This document shows positions 60,638 through 64,000 of a DNA stretch of 64,000 nucleotides, one piece after another. How positions within the stretch are numbered: the stretch's first letter is position 1; every line of letters begins with the position of its first letter. This DNA comes from Candidatus Poribacteria bacterium (GTDB lineage Bacteria; Poribacteria; WGA-4E; PCPOR2b). The notes under the pieces are model-generated. The model saw only the letters and a program-made list of their open reading frames with translations, was not told the origin of the DNA and searched no databases. Both the position numbers and the translations under genes were made by a program. Location: positions 1,185,915 through 1,249,914 of the forward strand of contig OZ244950.1 in the NCBI GenBank assembly GCA_965222435.1. The letters run 5' to 3'.

Positions 60638-63600
60638 TTACCGAGCGTCCGCCTCAAGTTGTTGCAAAGTCGCTTCGAGCAGATTAAGGTAACGTCCATA
60701 TTCCGCCCAATTCCCTGTGCGTCGCGCTTCCTGTGCCTCCTCAAACTGCTCTCTCGCCTGTTTTGCCAACGTCGAAATAGATATCGGGACGGATGCACTC
60801 ACCCCTTCAGCAGCTTCAGCAGAAGGAGCGTCTTGTGTCAACGCGACCTCCAACCGTCTACCGAACATGTTAATCAATGCCTCATCAAGGCTCGCGCCCC
60901 ATGCGACATTTTCCTTATAGCCGACAACAACGCGGCGCAATTCAGGAATCGCAGATTCTGCGTTTTCCGCTTGGATGTAAATCGGCTCAACATACAGAAT
61001 TGACTCATTCATCGGAATAATGAGCAAGTTGCCACGTAGGACGCTTGAACCTTGCGTATTCCACAAGCTAATCTGCTGGGAAATTTCAGGATCTTGTGTG
61101 ATGAAGTTTTCAACCTGCATCGGTCCAGGAGCGAGTTTTCCTTTCGGGAAGCGATAGACAAGCAGTTGTCCATACTGTGGCAAATCGCATCTCGCAGCAA
61201 TCCAGGCGGTGAGGTTCGGCTTGTTTTTCGGCGTGAAAGGCAGCATCAGGACAAATTCCGCACGTTCCTCCCCCGGTATCTTGACAACCACATAGTAGGG
61301 GGCAACCTCTTGCACATTCGTAACCGTTTCCGGCAATTGCTGGGTACGTGTGAACGGGCTTGGCGGTTGCGGTGCCTGTGCGGGACGAGGACGCTCGGTG
61401 TTATCGTAAAGTTCCTCCCCGATTTGCCATTGGTCCTCACTTGCATAGAAAGTAATTGGATCTTTCATGTGATAATCCTGATACATCTGCGCTTGAATCA
61501 GAAACATCGTGGTCGGGTATCGGATATGCGATTTAAGATCTTCGGGCATCTCATCAAACGGTTTGAATAGATCAGGGAAGATACGGCGATAACACTCCGC
61601 AACCGGATCTTGCTCCTGTTCCATCAGATAGAAGTTCACGCTGCCGTCGTAGGCATCGATCGTGACTTTGGCGGCGTTACGGATATAGTTCCCCCACGGT
61701 CTTTCGCCACCCATGATACGTCCAGCGGCACGTCTACCACCCCGCTCCTCAATGGTTCTACGAATCGCGTCCTGCATCGGTGCGGAATAGGGATAACGCG
61801 CGGTCGTTGTATACGCATCGATCATCCAGATCAACCGACCATTGTGAAGGACAAGGTAAGGATCGAAATCATATTTCAGGAACGGGGCGATTTGGCTGAC
61901 ACGCTCCTTTATGTTTCGATTGTAAAGAACGCGACTGGTTGATCGGATTTCACCGGGCAAGATGAAATTGAGCGCGTTGTTAAATTTCAACATGTACGCA
62001 AACTTTCGGATGAACGAAGAAAGGTCAACACCACCTTCACCTTGGTACGAGTATTTGGCAAAATCTTGTCCAAACGTTTCGGGGTAATCAAACTCAAGTC
62101 CCTCTAACCGGTCTGGATGGACGATGACATAATGGTCGGTGCGTTCCCCGTAGTAAATTCGAGGTCCCGGATTCTCGTTAAACCGATGTGTCCATTCGGG
62201 TTCGTAATTAATCGGGTCCATATCCCGAATGTACATCTTCGGCTTTCCGTCCAGGATTTCGTTCACAGGACTCAGCACCGCTCCGTAACCGTGGGTGTAG
62301 ACGTAGGTGCGCTTAAACCAGTCCCGGCTCACTTCACGCGGTAGGTCGTTGATATTCAGTTCTCGCCCGGAAAGCATCACCTGTCGAGGTTCGCCACTTC
62401 CCATCGGATAACGGTCAATATCTACGTCGAAAAAATCGTATTGTGAACGTAACTCCTGCAGCTGGCGGAAGGTCCGCCGCAGTGGTCGCCAATCCCAAAG
62501 CCGGATGCTGTTAATCACTGCCGCGTTTTCCTCTCCCCTGATGGTATCGTGGGTCAACTCCCCTGTCAGGGGGTACTCCGTCTCGGTCACGGTGCTATCT
62601 TCCAGATCATATGCGTGCAGTGTCGCCCTGATGTTGTAGTTGATATACGTTCCCTCAAGTTCCTGCTTGCTCGGTTCAACTTTCAGGTTTTGAACGATAC
62701 GGGGATAGGCTTGTCCCATAAAAGCAACAAGTAGAAGTACAATGATGCCTCCAACAGCGATGGAGATACGCCGTAGAAAAATGCTGATGAAGAAAATCAA
62801 CGCGCAAATGACGGTAAGCGCGAGCAGTATCCATAACACAGGCAGCCGTGCCTGTATCGCTGCATAACCGCCCCCTCCCCGCACAACATCGTTGGTCTTG
62901 TAGAGCAGGTCATACATCACAAACTGGTAATTCCATGCACGAAACAGCAGCGTCAACCCAATCAGTATGAACAGATGGGTCCTGACACGCTGCGGCGGTG
63001 CAAAGCGGTTATCCTCATTGATAAGTAACCCGTGAAAGAAGTAAATCACCCCTGTAAAAAGGGTGACCAGCATAAATAGACCGAAGAGATAACCGCAAAT
63101 CAGCCGTTCTAAGGGCATCCGAAAAACATAGTAGGTAACATCCTTATTGAAAATTGGATCCCGGGCGGCTGCGACCAAAACCGCGTCTTCGGTTGCGTCG
63201 AAATTAAGCCCTTGGCTTAGTGCAATCTTGACGTTCCCATCCCCGCCCGGACTGATGGAGCGGATTTGTGCTGTATGATTGCTATCCCCTTCTTCGATTG
63301 TAACTTCATCTCCTACTCTAAGCCCTTTCGCGCTATGCTCCAATTCAGAAATGAGGACATCTGTCGCATCTCGATTTGCCGGTGCATCGAGCGATGTCGC
63401 GGATTGGAAGGAAAGATTGCTGGCGTTTGAATAGCGGAGAAATTGCTCCCAATAATCTGTCGAGGCATAACCGCCCACAATACTCCCTCCAACTGCCAAG
63501 AGTGTAAGTACCACATAGACAGATTTCCGGAGGTTAAAATCGGGCATACCTTCGAGCGGGATCGATTCGACGAGCGTTGGACTCAACCGAGATGGGGTAA

Positions 63601-63826
63601 AGCGATACAGGAGATAGAGATTGATGAGGGTCACGCCAAGAAAGAAACCAGCGACGGCAATCCCCATCCCTATTTTTGTCAGTAGCACTGTCTTGTAGAT
63701 GGCGAGGTAACCGACCATATCAAACCAGAGCAGGTCAGGATAGATTTTGACGAAGAGCGCGCCTCCGCCAATAATTACCGCCAAAACAACAGCAACAATA
63801 ATGAATCGATTCAAGTTTGGTTGCAT
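60638..63826 (-). CDS. UPF0182 (COG1615) family large membrane protein
   Basis: N-terminal multi-TM region with the LLWFDMVGY motif; 1062 aa. Confidence 0.75.
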   Translation of the reverse strand: MQPNLNRFIIVAVVLAVIIGGGALFVKIYPDLLWFDMVGYLAIYKTVLLTKIGMGIAVAGFFLGVTLINLYLLYRFTPSRLSPTLVESIPLEGMPDFNLRKSVYVVLTLLAVGGSIVGGYASTDYWEQFLRYSNASNLSFQSATSLDAPANRDATDVLISELEHSAKGLRVGDEVTIEEGDSNHTAQIRSISPGGDGNVKIALSQGLNFDATEDAVLVAAARDPIFNKDVTYYVFRMPLERLICGYLFGLFMLVTLFTGVIYFFHGLLINEDNRFAPPQRVRTHLFILIGLTLLFRAWNYQFVMYDLLYKTNDVVRGGGGYAAIQARLPVLWILLALTVICALIFFISIFLRRISIAVGGIIVLLLVAFMGQAYPRIVQNLKVEPSKQELEGTYINYNIRATLHAYDLEDSTVTETEYPLTGELTHDTIRGEENAAVINSIRLWDWRPLRRTFRQLQELRSQYDFFDVDIDRYPMGSGEPRQVMLSGRELNINDLPREVSRDWFKRTYVYTHGYGAVLSPVNEILDGKPKMYIRDMDPINYEPEWTHRFNENPGPRIYYGERTDHYVIVHPDRLEGLEFDYPETFGQDFAKYSYQGEGGVDLSSFIRKFAYMLKFNNALNFILPGEIRSTSRVLYNRNIKERVSQIAPFLKYDFDPYLVLHNGRLIWMIDAYTTTARYPYSAPMQDAIRRTIEERGGRRAAGRIMGGERPWGNYIRNAAKVTIDAYDGSVNFYLMEQEQDPVAECYRRIFPDLFKPFDEMPEDLKSHIRYPTTMFLIQAQMYQDYHMKDPITFYASEDQWQIGEELYDNTERPRPAQAPQPPSPFTRTQQLPETVTNVQEVAPYYVVVKIPGEERAEFVLMLPFTPKNKPNLTAWIAARCDLPQYGQLLVYRFPKGKLAPGPMQVENFITQDPEISQQISLWNTQGSSVLRGNLLIIPMNESILYVEPIYIQAENAESAIPELRRVVVGYKENVAWGASLDEALINMFGRRLEVALTQDAPSAEAAEGVSASVPISISTLAKQAREQFEEAQEARRTGNWAEYGRYLNLLEATLQQLEADAR

Positions 63827-63965
63827 ACTTTCCTTTCTTAATAACTGTGAGCTAGAGTACCTAGCGTTTAATGAACATTCTAATGCGTAATGCGTGATGC
63901 GTAATTTTTTTATCCATTACTCGTTACTTGCTATTTTTATATGCAGGACTTACATGCTTCAAATC

Positions 63966-63993
63966 GTAGGGAACGCAGATCTGCGTTCCCTAC
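63966..63993. repeat. Perfect 28-bp GTAG-type REP palindrome GTAGGGAACGCAGATCTGCGTTCCCTAC
   Basis: Read directly. Confidence 0.8.
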
Positions 63994-64000
63994 TTACCTG

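Noticed and set aside
60513-60798. Upstream part of track ORF 60388-60798, which would give a 136-aa protein.
   Set aside because: It overlaps the 3' end of the UPF0182 gene in another frame. The internal ATG at 60512 has a perfect RBS, and the family-like sequence starts there.

Overview
This looks like a bacterial chromosomal segment. The gene content (several PhyH dioxygenases, a sulfatase, a sialidase, secreted WD40/TPR proteins, dense hairpin repeats) resembles a Poribacteria-like marine or sponge symbiont, but that is a weak guess. The centre (6.3-28.0 kb) is one composite CRISPR-Cas locus. It reads: a CARF-wHTH gene; a type III-A effector operon (cas10-csm2-csm3-csm4-csm5); a single cas6; a complete type I-B (Tneap-type cst1/cas8b-cst2/cas7-cas5t-cas3) module; cas4-cas1-cas2; and a leader with a promoter. 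Then comes a 72-repeat array (30-bp repeat CTTTTAATCGAACCATTGTGGAATTGAAAC, 71 spacers of 35-39 bp), a bidirectional terminator, and a convergent CARF effector whose C-terminus looks RelE-like (Cami1-like) rather than HEPN. Upstream lie a solo tnpB (IS200/IS605 family), an SDR gene and a secreted M28 peptidase. Downstream lie a glycan/sulfate-ester utilisation cluster, housekeeping genes (cimA, rsmE, def, pheA, larE, cvpA), an ECF sigma/double-FHA pair, two tandem secreted WD40-dockerin-CTD giants and a UPF0182 membrane protein. Signals most worth follow-up: (1) a roughly 480-nt highly structured orphan RNA with a near-consensus promoter, an intrinsic terminator and a pseudoknotted 5' domain (41685-42163); (2) a small DUF5069-like gene with an in-frame TGA at a position I recall as a conserved Cys, followed by a SECIS-like hairpin; (3) several families of GTAG-type REP-like hairpins and a 310-bp MITE-like composite, which sit in the cas intergenic gaps and show mini-insertions nested in each other's loops; (4) structure in the spacers (a shared AGGGAGAT promoter/RBS-like target motif, overlapping variant spacers, a duplicated two-spacer block); (5) tandem 20-bp direct repeats at the csm promoter next to the CARF-wHTH gene. 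All protein calls rest on motif and family recognition by eye; no database search was run.
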